Shown: positions 28,820 to 38,660 of the stretch, piece by piece | Layout of the letters: each line of letters opens with the position of its first letter | How positions within the stretch are numbered: position 1 is the first letter of the stretch | Assembly (NCBI GenBank): GCA_043803405.1 | Contig: JAZDKB010000006.1 | Coordinates: 80,354 to 144,353, forward strand | Length of the DNA: 64,000 bases | DNA from: Spirochaetota bacterium | GTDB taxonomy: Bacteria > Spirochaetota > UBA4802 > JAFGDQ01 | Reading direction: 5' to 3' | Notes under the pieces: model-generated | Seen by the model: only the letters and a program-made list of their open reading frames with translations | Told to the model about the DNA's origin: nothing | Databases searched by the model: none | Position numbers and translations under genes: made by a program

Positions 28820-30562
28820 TTAAACAAAAATATTCGGGAATTTTTCAGTCATATACGCAACCAGTTTTTTTGTAATTGCTTTGGAACTTTCTATTTTCAT
28901 TAAGCTGGAAGCAAGTTCCTCGCATTCTTTAATTGTAACGGACCGGATAATTCGTTTTATCAGATGCATTGAATTTGAGCTCATCGAAAAATTCCTGTAG
29001 CCCAGCCCTATTATAAGCATTGTGTATAATGGTTCACCTGCTATTTCACCGCATATTGACAAGTGTGTGGAAGATTTTTGCGCGTTTTCGACAATAAGTT
29101 TTAAAAGTTTCAGCACCGCATGATTAAGCGGATTATAAAGATAGGCAATGGATTCGTTTATTCTGTCAACTGCCAGAGTATATTGAACCAGATCGTTTGT
29201 TCCGACTGAAAAGAAATCGGAGTATTTTGCAAGATGATCGGAATCAATTGCTGCGGATGGAACTTCGATCATGATCCCGATAGGTATATTTTCATTAAAC
29301 GGCAAGCCATCTTTTTTTAACTGATTCATTGTTTCCTTGACAATCGTTCTTGCACTGATAATCTCTTCGACTGTAGATACCAGCGGAAACATCATTTTTG
29401 CATTACCATAATAGCTTGCTCTAAGAATTGCCCTTATCTGTGTTTTAAAGAGGTTTAAATTCTGCATGCAGAATCTTATCGCTCTGCAGCCTAAAAATGG
29501 ATTTCTCTCCCTATATGTATTGCTGAAGGAGTATATCTTATCTCCGCCTATATCCAGGGTTCTAATAGTTACAGGCATAGGTTTGAAAAATTCCACAACT
29601 TTTTTGTATTCATTAAATTGTTTCTCTTCATCGGGCAATGATTTATCCAGGAAAAGAAATTCGGATCTGAATAGCCCAATTCCCTTTGCCCCATGTTCTT
29701 TTATAACATTAATTTCTTCCGGAAGTTCAATATTGCCGAATATTGATATTTCAACATCATCAAGCGTCATTGAAGGCAGATGAGTCATCTGGGCTAAATG
29801 TTTATCCAGTATCTTATATTCTTTTTCAACATTTTGGTAATGCTCGATTTCTTCTTTTGAAGGTTTAATTATAACTTTTCCGTGAAAAGCATCTACAATA
29901 ACAATATCGCCGTTTTGAACTTTTGAGGTACCCGTAAAGGTAGCCACAATTGCCGGAATTTCCAGGGCTCTTGCCATAATTGCAGTGTGAGAAGTCCTGC
30001 CGCCTTTATCGGTAACGAATGCAAGCACAAATTTTTTATTCATAATGGCAGTATCTGAAGGCGTAATATCGGGAGCAAAGATTATCGCCTCCTTGTCAAG
30101 AGTAGATAGGTCGGCAGCATCGGTCATCAAAAGATTATTTATCAATCGTTTGTGTATATCGGAAAGATCAATTATTTTCTCTCTGAGATATTCGTCTTCA
30201 ATAGAACTTATGCTTCTTGTAAGCTCAATAGAAATATCGTTTAAAATCCATTCAACATTTCTTTTTTCTTTAATTATTTTTTCTCTTGCCTGTTCGGCAA
30301 TCAAAGGATCCTCGAGTACCATCAAATGCGTTGAAAAGATATTTGCCAGATCTTTTGAAAGATAACCGGCAATCTGAATTTGAATTTCGTTAATTTGTGT
30401 TTTGGTCTTTTCAAGCGCTGCATTAAATCGCTCAATTTCTTTTTCTACATCATTTTTATTTATTTTATACTTGGGTATGATTATATTGGAACCCATATAT
30501 ATATATGCTTTTCCGATTTTTATTCCGGGTGATGCACTTGTACCTTTAATAACTGTTGACAT
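28820..30562 (-). CDS. ptsI: Phosphoenolpyruvate-protein phosphotransferase (PTS enzyme I)
   Basis: GGRTSHTAIMAR (phospho-His), GIGLFRSEF, RTLDIGGDK, NPFLGCR, SVGTNDL, CGE. Confidence 0.96.
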   Translation of the reverse strand: MSTVIKGTSASPGIKIGKAYIYMGSNIIIPKYKINKNDVEKEIERFNAALEKTKTQINEIQIQIAGYLSKDLANIFSTHLMVLEDPLIAEQAREKIIKEKRNVEWILNDISIELTRSISSIEDEYLREKIIDLSDIHKRLINNLLMTDAADLSTLDKEAIIFAPDITPSDTAIMNKKFVLAFVTDKGGRTSHTAIMARALEIPAIVATFTGTSKVQNGDIVIVDAFHGKVIIKPSKEEIEHYQNVEKEYKILDKHLAQMTHLPSMTLDDVEISIFGNIELPEEINVIKEHGAKGIGLFRSEFLFLDKSLPDEEKQFNEYKKVVEFFKPMPVTIRTLDIGGDKIYSFSNTYRERNPFLGCRAIRFCMQNLNLFKTQIRAILRASYYGNAKMMFPLVSTVEEIISARTIVKETMNQLKKDGLPFNENIPIGIMIEVPSAAIDSDHLAKYSDFFSVGTNDLVQYTLAVDRINESIAYLYNPLNHAVLKLLKLIVENAQKSSTHLSICGEIAGEPLYTMLIIGLGYRNFSMSSNSMHLIKRIIRSVTIKECEELASSLMKIESSKAITKKLVAYMTEKFPNIFV

Positions 30563-30741
30563 TTATTTATCCTGCTATTTTAATATAGCTTAGCAAGTAA
30601 TACATGTAACATACCGACATAAAATAATGCAAGGATTTTATTCATTGAATAACTAACGGTTTAAAACAGCCAAATATTCAGGGTATTGTTTGTATCATTT
30701 TTAATATTTTATACTTTATTATTTATTGCCAGTATTAAATT

Positions 30742-31476
30742 ATGCAAAAGAAGTTCAATATTATTTTAATAAGAAGGATAAGTTATATATTTATTATTTT
30801 GTTTTCTTTTTATTTTTCTGCATTATGTAAAATGACAGGGGAAAATGAATTGGAAAAAGCAAGAGAAATAATGGTAAAAAGGCAGATTGAAGCCAGAGGT
30901 GTTAAGGATGCAAGGGTCCTGAATGCCATGCGAAAAGTTGAAAGACATAAATTCATGTCCGGGCGGAATATTGATGAGGCTTATGATGATTATCCAGTGC
31001 CTATAGGGCATGGCCAGACAATTTCTCAGCCTTATATTGTAGCATTGATGACTGAGTTATGCAGGTTAAAAGGCAATGAAAAAGTCCTTGAAATAGGCAC
31101 AGGATCAGGTTATCAGGCCGCCGTCTTATCGCTTCTTGCCGTGGAGATTTATACAATTGAAATAGTCGAAGCTCTTGGAAAAAGCGCGGCACAAAAACTT
31201 AAAGATCTTAACTATAACAATGTCCACGTAAGAATAGGGGACGGTTATAATGGATGGCCGGAGAAAGCGCCGTTTGACGTTATTATATTAACTGCCTCTC
31301 CGCCGGAAATACCTCAAACGCTGCTTGATCAGTTAAAGGATGGAGGAATACTGGTCGCGCCTACCGGAGATTATCATCAGGAGCTCGTCAGAGTTGAAAA
31401 AAATAACGGCAAGTTTGCAAAAGAAACTATAACGTATGTAAGATTTGTCCCGATGATTCACGGAAAAGAAAAATAA
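30742..31476 (+). CDS. pcm: Protein-L-isoaspartate O-methyltransferase
   Basis: GQTISQPYIV, VLEIGTGSGYQAA, GDGYNGWPEKAPFD, VRFVPM. Confidence 0.96.
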   Translation: MQKKFNIILIRRISYIFIILFSFYFSALCKMTGENELEKAREIMVKRQIEARGVKDARVLNAMRKVERHKFMSGRNIDEAYDDYPVPIGHGQTISQPYIVALMTELCRLKGNEKVLEIGTGSGYQAAVLSLLAVEIYTIEIVEALGKSAAQKLKDLNYNNVHVRIGDGYNGWPEKAPFDVIILTASPPEIPQTLLDQLKDGGILVAPTGDYHQELVRVEKNNGKFAKETITYVRFVPMIHGKEK

Positions 31477-31506
31477 TATTTTTTTATTTATTTGTAAATA
31501 ATAAAA

Positions 31507-32406
31507 ATGAACAACGAGTCTTTATTTGATAGAATTAATGAAGGCATTTTGGAAGAGAGATATCGCGCCTTTAATATCAATTTGGAGAAAAATATTGATC
31601 TAATCCGAAAATCCGGAGGTCTTAGAGAAGTTTTAGCGGATTTTAAAAACAAACATGTAATTGTTGCAGGAGCTGGCCCCTCAATTCAAAATAATATTGA
31701 AATTTTAAAAAAATATCAATACAGAGAAGAGCTTATTATAATATCCACAGATATGGCTTTGCTTCCTTTATATAACAAAGATATTTTTCCGAAATACGTA
31801 ATCAGCTGCGAAACTACCCCTGTTGATTATTTCAGTAATATTAATACTGAAAATATGCATCTTTTGGCATTCAGCTGCATGTCCAATACAAATTTACGAA
31901 AATGGAAAGGTAAAATCAGTTTTTATAACTGGATGATTCATAATGAAATGTATAATAAATTATGGATGAAAGCCGGGTATGACCTGGGTTTTGTTGGAAC
32001 GGGCAGTATTGTAACAACACAGGCAATTTCGCTGGCATTGGGATGTGATATCAATTCTTTAATGCTTATTGGGAACGATATGGGTTTTAGAACGGAATAT
32101 TATATCAGAGATACAGTTGTATATCATACGAATCTCTGGAAAACCGACAGGACCACCTCCTTGGAAAGAATCGAGATGAATAATTCGCGTAAAAGGCGGG
32201 AATTTAAAATATTCAGAGGGGATAAACTTTATTATACCAATAACCAATTCTTAGCTGCTAAAACCTGGCTAGAGGATTTATTTAAACGCGTTAATAAAAC
32301 TGTATATGAGGCAAATGAACTGGGATGTTCCCCGCAATTCGTACAAAAAATATCGCTAAAAAAATATTTAGAAAGATTAAATAAAAGGTCTGTTAAAAGG
32401 AGATAA
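31507..32406 (+). CDS. Motility-associated factor (Maf/MptE-like, DUF115) putative flagellin glycosyltransferase
   Basis: VAGAGPS, STDMAL, GSIVTTQAISLA..LIGND; directly upstream of flbD. Confidence 0.7.
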   Translation: MNNESLFDRINEGILEERYRAFNINLEKNIDLIRKSGGLREVLADFKNKHVIVAGAGPSIQNNIEILKKYQYREELIIISTDMALLPLYNKDIFPKYVISCETTPVDYFSNINTENMHLLAFSCMSNTNLRKWKGKISFYNWMIHNEMYNKLWMKAGYDLGFVGTGSIVTTQAISLALGCDINSLMLIGNDMGFRTEYYIRDTVVYHTNLWKTDRTTSLERIEMNNSRKRREFKIFRGDKLYYTNNQFLAAKTWLEDLFKRVNKTVYEANELGCSPQFVQKISLKKYLERLNKRSVKRR

Positions 32407-32407
32407 A

Positions 32408-32608
32408 ATGATAACTTTGCATAAGTTTAATGGAGACGAATTTGTCCTGAATGCCAGTCAAATAGAAGTGATTGAAAAAACGCCGGATACTATTATAACT
32501 CTTATGAATGATAAAAAATTTATTGTAAAAGAAAGTATGGAGGAAGTTATAAATCGTTCGATCGATTATTACCACCGGATCCATACAGGTGAGAAATTTA
32601 ATGAATAG
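32408..32608 (+). CDS. flbD: Flagellar FlbD (SwrD) family protein
   Basis: MITLHKFNGDEFVLNASQIEVIEKTPDTIITL..KKFIVKES. Confidence 0.93.
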   Translation: MITLHKFNGDEFVLNASQIEVIEKTPDTIITLMNDKKFIVKESMEEVINRSIDYYHRIHTGEKFNE

Positions 32609-32893
32609 AAGTGTTGCTGATTCATAAATCCGTTTTAATGTATTTTTCTCTGAAAAGAACCGGGGGAATTGAAAGAATAATAAGACATAATCCTTTGAAA
32701 TAAACTTAAACAAAAAAAAATTATTGACAAACTCGAAAGAATATAATATCTGTCTGATGAATATATAAATTAATCTGCTTATTTTAAACAGATAAGCTTA
32801 ATTATTTTGTTATTAATCTAGCAGTTTTATCCTGATTGTATGGTCATTTATTGTTAAATTAATAATCTTAACGGTATTTCCTGGTAGAAAAAT

Positions 32894-33427
32894 ATGGGTG
32901 AAGACGAAAAGAATGAAGTATCTGTAGAAGAAGAGGAGGGTACGGGTGTCGAGGAAACTCCGGCAAGTACTTCTCCTTCAAAAATAATAAAAATATTGTT
33001 CTATGTTGTCGGTGCCGTTATTGTCCTTCTCCTGGTGATAGTAGTTTCCTATTTTGTAAGTAAAAATGTTCAGGAACAGAAAGCTGTGAGAGAGCAGGCA
33101 ATCATTGTTGCGCCGCCTCCGCCGCCTTTGGCAAATTTTGATCTCCCATCGTTTTCGACTACTACAAATGATGTTGAACCGCATTTTATTAAATTGACGT
33201 TGTCATTAGGTTATGAGGACAATCTGGAGTTGAACGCGGAGCTAGTCAGAAGAGTGCCTCAGTTCCAGCATATTATCAATGTGTTGTTAAGCGGAAAAAG
33301 GTACGAGGACCTTGATTCTGCCGAGAATAAAATAAATCTTTCAGAAGAAATTAAAGCTCATTTAAATGTAATTTTGATTTCCGGAAAGATAAAAGAAGTT
33401 TATTTTAAAGAAATCATTGTTAATTAA
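32894..33427 (+). CDS. fliL: Flagellar basal body-associated protein FliL
   Basis: Single TM helix, HFIKLTLSLGY, GKIKEVYF. Confidence 0.9.
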   Translation: MGEDEKNEVSVEEEEGTGVEETPASTSPSKIIKILFYVVGAVIVLLLVIVVSYFVSKNVQEQKAVREQAIIVAPPPPPLANFDLPSFSTTTNDVEPHFIKLTLSLGYEDNLELNAELVRRVPQFQHIINVLLSGKRYEDLDSAENKINLSEEIKAHLNVILISGKIKEVYFKEIIVN

Positions 33428-33579
33428 TAATATTCAGCTGAGACTAAACAAATAATAAAACACAAGAATAGCTAGCTTTTTAACTATTATACAGTTAATA
33501 AAAAACAATTATTGAGTATTTTCTGAATTAGCGGATGCCGATAATTCATATATAATCTGCTTAATTCAGGAGGAAAAAA

Positions 33580-34647
33580 ATGGGTGACGGATCCTTATCA
33601 CAAGATGAAATAGATGCCCTGTTGCAAGGCGCTGATGATATGTTATCTACTTCTACTGCGGCACCTGTTATGGATATGCCGCAGAAATCCAGTCCGCTTT
33701 CACCTGTAGAGAAAGATGTCCTGGGCGATCTGTTGAACACTACAATGCAGGGTGTTGTTCCATCTCTTGCCGGATATTTAGGCAAGGATATTATTATTAG
33801 TAATGCAACAGTTGAGGTAAAATCACAGGACAGCATAAGAAATGATTTTAAAAAGAAATATGTTCAGTTGCCAATTGATTATTCCGGCGGATTTAATGGG
33901 AAGAACTTAATAATATTTAACTTTTCAGATGCGGAAGTAATTTCTTCATTAATGATGGGTGATGATTCAGGTGCCCGTCCTGCCGAGTTGACCGAAGCCC
34001 ATCAGAGCACAATCCAGGAATTTGTTAATCAGATGCTTTCATCGGTCGCAACCGGCTTCAGCAATAAATTCGGACGGCCAATTAATACATCGCAGCCTAT
34101 GCTGTCTATTGTGCAAAATCCGTCGGAGCTTCAGTTGCCTCCGGGCCGTGATCTTGTAAAAATTACCTATAACATCAACATCGAAAATCTGGTTAATTCC
34201 AAATTTTATCATATTATGGAACTTCCTCTTGGTACTGATCTTTCAAAGACCAGAGGTTCCTCCGGGGCAGCCCCTCAACAGGGTATGCAATCTCATAGTT
34301 ATGATGCAGTAGAACCTACAGGGCAGCAGGTAGGAATAAATCCCGTTAAATTTCCGCCTTTGGGCGAGAGCGTGCCGTATGGAGCCGGAAGCAACATATC
34401 GTTGCTGATGGATGTTCCGATGACGCTTACTGTAGAGCTCGGAAGAACAAGACAGCTTGTACGCGACATTCTTGGTCTGGGAGAAGGATCGATCATTGAA
34501 CTTGATAAATTAGCCGGTGAACCGGTCGACCTGCTGGTAAACGGAAAACTGATTGCCAAGGGCGAAGTTGTTGTAATTGATGAAAATTTCGGAGTCCGTG
34601 TAACGGATATTGTCAGCCCGGCGGAAAGAGTGAATAAAGTTCAATAA
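33580..34647 (+). CDS. fliY: Flagellar switch protein FliY/FliN
   Basis: LSQDEIDALL CheY-binding peptide, CheC-like middle domain, FliN domain VELGRT..IAKGEVVVIDENFGVR. Confidence 0.93.
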   Translation: MGDGSLSQDEIDALLQGADDMLSTSTAAPVMDMPQKSSPLSPVEKDVLGDLLNTTMQGVVPSLAGYLGKDIIISNATVEVKSQDSIRNDFKKKYVQLPIDYSGGFNGKNLIIFNFSDAEVISSLMMGDDSGARPAELTEAHQSTIQEFVNQMLSSVATGFSNKFGRPINTSQPMLSIVQNPSELQLPPGRDLVKITYNINIENLVNSKFYHIMELPLGTDLSKTRGSSGAAPQQGMQSHSYDAVEPTGQQVGINPVKFPPLGESVPYGAGSNISLLMDVPMTLTVELGRTRQLVRDILGLGEGSIIELDKLAGEPVDLLVNGKLIAKGEVVVIDENFGVRVTDIVSPAERVNKVQ

Positions 34648-34729
34648 ATTATCTTTATATTTATAATAGTTACTTTATTAAATTATCTTATTAAGAGACA
34701 TAATACATCTGCGGTTGTGAGGGTTTAAA

Positions 34730-35464
34730 ATGCTTTTTACGGCTTTCGGAAGAATTAAGGAATATATTGCCTTCCCATTTGCGGTCATTTTTTTTGCCTC
34801 TGTTTTTATATTATGTCCCATTAAACACTATGCTGAAGAAAAACCCGTAAAAGAGAAAATCACCACCGATAGCCAGAATAAACAAAGCGGAAATACCGGG
34901 GAAAATAATAACAAAACAACAGCTGCCGAGAACTCGCTTTATGATTATGAGAGACCTACTGTTGAAGAGGAATCTTATGTTTGGCTGTTTTTTAAAACAC
35001 TGATTGTACTGGCTATGCTTGTCGGAGGATTTTATTATTTTTACAGGTTTGTGACAAAAAAAACAGGTATTCAGAGCGTCGGCAGGGAAGTAATAAGGAT
35101 ATTATCGATAGTGCCTGTAGGTCAGAATAAATTTTTACAAGTAGTAGATCTTGCCGGAAGAATAATGGTAATAGGAGTTTCCGATTCAAATATAAATCTG
35201 ATAACCGAAATAAAGGATAAAGATGAAATTGATAGAATAAGGATTCTAAGCTCAAAGTCCAGTCCTGTGCAGCCTGGCGGATTTCAGGAATATGTTTCAA
35301 AATATGTTTCCAGGCTATTTAAAAAGGATGCCGGCATTAATGAATTTAGTGATAAAGAAAACATAGAAGCTTTTAATCGTGAAACTGAGACCGACCGGCT
35401 GGATTTCTTAAAAAAACAAAGAGAAAGATTAAAAAAGATTAACGGTAAAAATGATGAGTTATAA
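34730..35464 (+). CDS. fliO: Flagellar biosynthesis protein FliO
   Basis: TM helix then VPVGQNKFLQVVDLAGRIMVIGVSDSNINLI; lies between fliY and fliP. Confidence 0.85.
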   Translation: MLFTAFGRIKEYIAFPFAVIFFASVFILCPIKHYAEEKPVKEKITTDSQNKQSGNTGENNNKTTAAENSLYDYERPTVEEESYVWLFFKTLIVLAMLVGGFYYFYRFVTKKTGIQSVGREVIRILSIVPVGQNKFLQVVDLAGRIMVIGVSDSNINLITEIKDKDEIDRIRILSSKSSPVQPGGFQEYVSKYVSRLFKKDAGINEFSDKENIEAFNRETETDRLDFLKKQRERLKKINGKNDEL

Positions 35465-36245
35465 GAAAATATTTTTCATTATTATTTTTACTGTTTTGTT
35501 TTCGGTTTGTCTCTCATATTTTTTTTCAGGTAATCTTTATGCACAGAACTTAGGCGGCGGCGTAAGGATGCCCATCCCGAAAATTACATTTGATATTAAA
35601 GAAGCCGCTTCACCTAAGGATGTAGCACTAAGTCTTCAGGTATTATTCTTATTAACCATACTCACTCTTGCACCGGCAATTATGCTGATGATGACTTCTT
35701 TTACCAGGATAGTAATTGTTCTCGATTTTGTTAAAAGAGCTCTGACATTACAGCAAATGCCTCCCAATCAGGTAATTGTGGGGCTTGCTATTTTTCTTAC
35801 ACTTTTCGTAATGTCTCCGACTTTTGTTGAAATAAATGATACTGCACTTCAGCCGTATTTAAAAGGTAAAATAAATAATGAGCAATTTTTCGATAAGGGG
35901 ATAAAGCCTTTACGCAAATTCATGTTAAAACAGACAAGGAAGAAGGACATTGCCCTGTTTATTGATCTGGCCAAGCTTGAAAAGCCAAAGAACGAAGATG
36001 CCGTTCCGACGCATTGCCTGATACCGGCATTCATGATTAGCGAACTAAAGAGGGCTTTTGAGATGGGCGTGTATCTGTTTTTGCCGTTTATGGTTATTGA
36101 CATGATTATTGCAAGTGCGCTTATGGCAATGGGTATGATTATGCTTCCTCCTGTAATGATATCATTGCCGTTTAAATTAATTTTATTCGTTCTTGTCGAC
36201 GGGTGGAATCTATTGATATATGAACTGGTCAGATCATTCAGATAG
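35451..36245 (+). CDS. fliP: Flagellar export pore protein FliP
   Basis: MTSFTRI, PPNQV, LIPAFMISEL, ISLPFKLILFVLVDGW. Confidence 0.98.
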   Translation: MMSYKKIFFIIIFTVLFSVCLSYFFSGNLYAQNLGGGVRMPIPKITFDIKEAASPKDVALSLQVLFLLTILTLAPAIMLMMTSFTRIVIVLDFVKRALTLQQMPPNQVIVGLAIFLTLFVMSPTFVEINDTALQPYLKGKINNEQFFDKGIKPLRKFMLKQTRKKDIALFIDLAKLEKPKNEDAVPTHCLIPAFMISELKRAFEMGVYLFLPFMVIDMIIASALMAMGMIMLPPVMISLPFKLILFVLVDGWNLLIYELVRSFR

Positions 36246-36298
36246 AACGAATGACTTATTTCTGGCTGGGATAAATAATAAATTTATGGTGAAAAAAA

Positions 36299-36571
36299 AT
36301 GACGGATGTTGATGTAGTCATAATGTTAAGAGAAGCGTTGATGACTGTGCTGATTGTTTCCGCGCCGATCCTGGGCGCAGGCATGCTTGTCGGATTGGTT
36401 ATTGCTATTTTTCAAACTACTACTTCAATCCAGGAACAGACATTGACATTCGTTCCGAAAATGATCGCTATCTTTGCGACAATTATTTTACTTTCTTCCT
36501 GGATACTGCGTACCCTGGTTAATTATACAAAAAACGTATTTTTAATGATAGAGAAGATTGGAATGGGATGA
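36299..36571 (+). CDS. fliQ: Flagellar export protein FliQ
   Basis: IFQTTTSIQEQTLTFVPK. Confidence 0.97.
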   Translation: MTDVDVVIMLREALMTVLIVSAPILGAGMLVGLVIAIFQTTTSIQEQTLTFVPKMIAIFATIILLSSWILRTLVNYTKNVFLMIEKIGMG

Positions 36572-36575
36572 ATAA

Positions 36576-37352
36576 ATGCAATATTTTATAAACCATTTTC
36601 AGATTTTTTTACTGATAATGATGAGACTGACTTCAATGATGATAATAGCCCCATTTTTTTCAAGTGGGGTTATTCCATTTAGAATTAAAGCGTTAATAGC
36701 ATTTTTTATTACTTTAGTGATTTTCCCTACTATTGCAAAAGAGGGTTATGTTATTCCCGTTGATATGGGAGCATACTATTTACTGGTGCTTAAAGAAGTT
36801 TTAATAGGACTTTTTATTGGTTTTCTGGTTTCACTGATTTTTACGGCTTTTCAGCTTGCAGGTGAATACTATTCGGTTCTTGTGGGATTTGGAATCAGCG
36901 AAGTAGTGGACCCTCTTGCTCAGGTTTCGCTACCGCTGCTGGGACAATTAAAGAACCTGGTCGGTTTGATTCTTTTTCTTGTTATTAATGGTCATCATTT
37001 TCTTATAAAGGCGATATATCGTTCTTATGAATTGATTCCTGTAATTAGTTTAGGGCCGGTAAACAAAGGATTGCTTAATTTTGTAGTATATTCAATGGGG
37101 GGGATGTTTGTAATTGCATTGAAAATAGCATTGCCGGTTCTGGCTACTGTTTTTCTTGTCGAGGTCAGCCTTGGAATATTAGCCAAAGCTGCGCCACAGA
37201 TGAATATTTTAATGCTGGGATTCCCTATAAAAATAGCAGTAGCCTTCGGGATTTTAATATTGATTAGTCCGCTTATCATAAGAATTATGTATGTATCGCT
37301 GGAAAGAACGTTTCAGTTTATATCCAAAGTGCTTTTGCATTGGCCGACTTGA
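36576..37352 (+). CDS. fliR: Flagellar export protein FliR
   Basis: APFFS, KEVLIG, NGHH, LAKAAPQMNI..GFPIK. Confidence 0.97.
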   Translation: MQYFINHFQIFLLIMMRLTSMMIIAPFFSSGVIPFRIKALIAFFITLVIFPTIAKEGYVIPVDMGAYYLLVLKEVLIGLFIGFLVSLIFTAFQLAGEYYSVLVGFGISEVVDPLAQVSLPLLGQLKNLVGLILFLVINGHHFLIKAIYRSYELIPVISLGPVNKGLLNFVVYSMGGMFVIALKIALPVLATVFLVEVSLGILAKAAPQMNILMLGFPIKIAVAFGILILISPLIIRIMYVSLERTFQFISKVLLHWPT

Positions 37353-38581
37353 TCAATATTTTTAATTATAACGATAAATCGTACGAAGTGATTTTAAAAG
37401 ATAAAATGATAAAAAATATTAAAATTACAATTGATGAACTGCTTCTATTAAAAGACCTGGAAAAATTCAGGTTTGATCTGCAGTTATTTGCTGCAGAAGA
37501 TGAAGGAAGGACTGAGGAGCCTACTGAGAAGAAACTGAGGGAAGCGCGTGAGCGGGGACAGGTTGCCAAGACGCACGAACTGCCTCAATCCATTGTGGTT
37601 ATTTTCGGCTTTTTAGTAATATTTTTTTTAGGTTCATGGCTGTATCACAATTTTGTTCAAATGACTACTCATTATCTCGGATCGTTTTCCAAAGCTGAGA
37701 TTACGGAAAGAAGCATTTTAATTGAATTTGCTCATATGGTTATGTTTTTTACAAAGACGCTGATGCCTATATTTATTGCAGTTTTAGTTGCGGCTATTCT
37801 TGGTAATATTGTGCAGGTCGGATTCCAGCCGTCAGCGCATCCTTTAAAATTTGACTGGAGCAAAATGAAGTTCGATCCTGCTACAATATTTAAAAAGACA
37901 TTTTTTTCCAAACAGATTGCGATGAATCTTTTTAAAACTTTGTTTAAGGTTATTATGACCGGATTAATTGCATATTTAATAATAAAAGCCGAATATGATG
38001 TTATTTTAAAAAGTCCGGATATTTCAATTGGTCTTGCGTTCAGGGATATATCCATAATTGCATTAAAAATTATACTCTGGTCGTCAGTCCTTCTTCTTAT
38101 CCTCTCTATTCCGGATTATATTTTTCAGAAAAGAGAATTTTTAGAGTCATTAAAGATGACCAAAGAAGAGATGAAAGAAGAATTGAAAGAGACTGTAGGC
38201 GATCCGTACATTAGAGCAAGGCTTAAGGAAATGCAGAGGGAAATTGCCACCAGGAATATGATTAAAGAGGTTCCAAAGGCGGATGTAGTAGTTACCAATC
38301 CGACTCATTTTGCAGTAGCGCTTCAATACGACAATATTTTAATGGAAGCTCCGAAAGTTTTGTCAAAAGGTGTAGACAGCATGGCACTCAAGATAAGGCA
38401 GATAGCAAAGGAAAACAATATAATGATAATTGAGAACCGTCCTTTGGCGCAGGAACTTTATTTTACTCTGGATGTCGGGGATATTATTCCCGAAAAATTA
38501 TTTTATGCAGTATCTTTAGTGTATGCTGAATTCTATAAACAGAAAAACGCCCAGGATTTAAAGCATAGAAAATTTGCATAA
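37340..38581 (+). CDS. flhB: Flagellar export gate protein FlhB
   Basis: RTEEPTEKKLREAR..GQV, TNPTH autocleavage site. Confidence 0.97.
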   Translation: MADLINIFNYNDKSYEVILKDKMIKNIKITIDELLLLKDLEKFRFDLQLFAAEDEGRTEEPTEKKLREARERGQVAKTHELPQSIVVIFGFLVIFFLGSWLYHNFVQMTTHYLGSFSKAEITERSILIEFAHMVMFFTKTLMPIFIAVLVAAILGNIVQVGFQPSAHPLKFDWSKMKFDPATIFKKTFFSKQIAMNLFKTLFKVIMTGLIAYLIIKAEYDVILKSPDISIGLAFRDISIIALKIILWSSVLLLILSIPDYIFQKREFLESLKMTKEEMKEELKETVGDPYIRARLKEMQREIATRNMIKEVPKADVVVTNPTHFAVALQYDNILMEAPKVLSKGVDSMALKIRQIAKENNIMIIENRPLAQELYFTLDVGDIIPEKLFYAVSLVYAEFYKQKNAQDLKHRKFA

Positions 38582-38660
38582 TTAGATTTTATTGAATATT
38601 ACATATTAAATCGGTTTATTGGAAAGATAAATAATTTAAATCATATTAGGAGTTGCCTGT

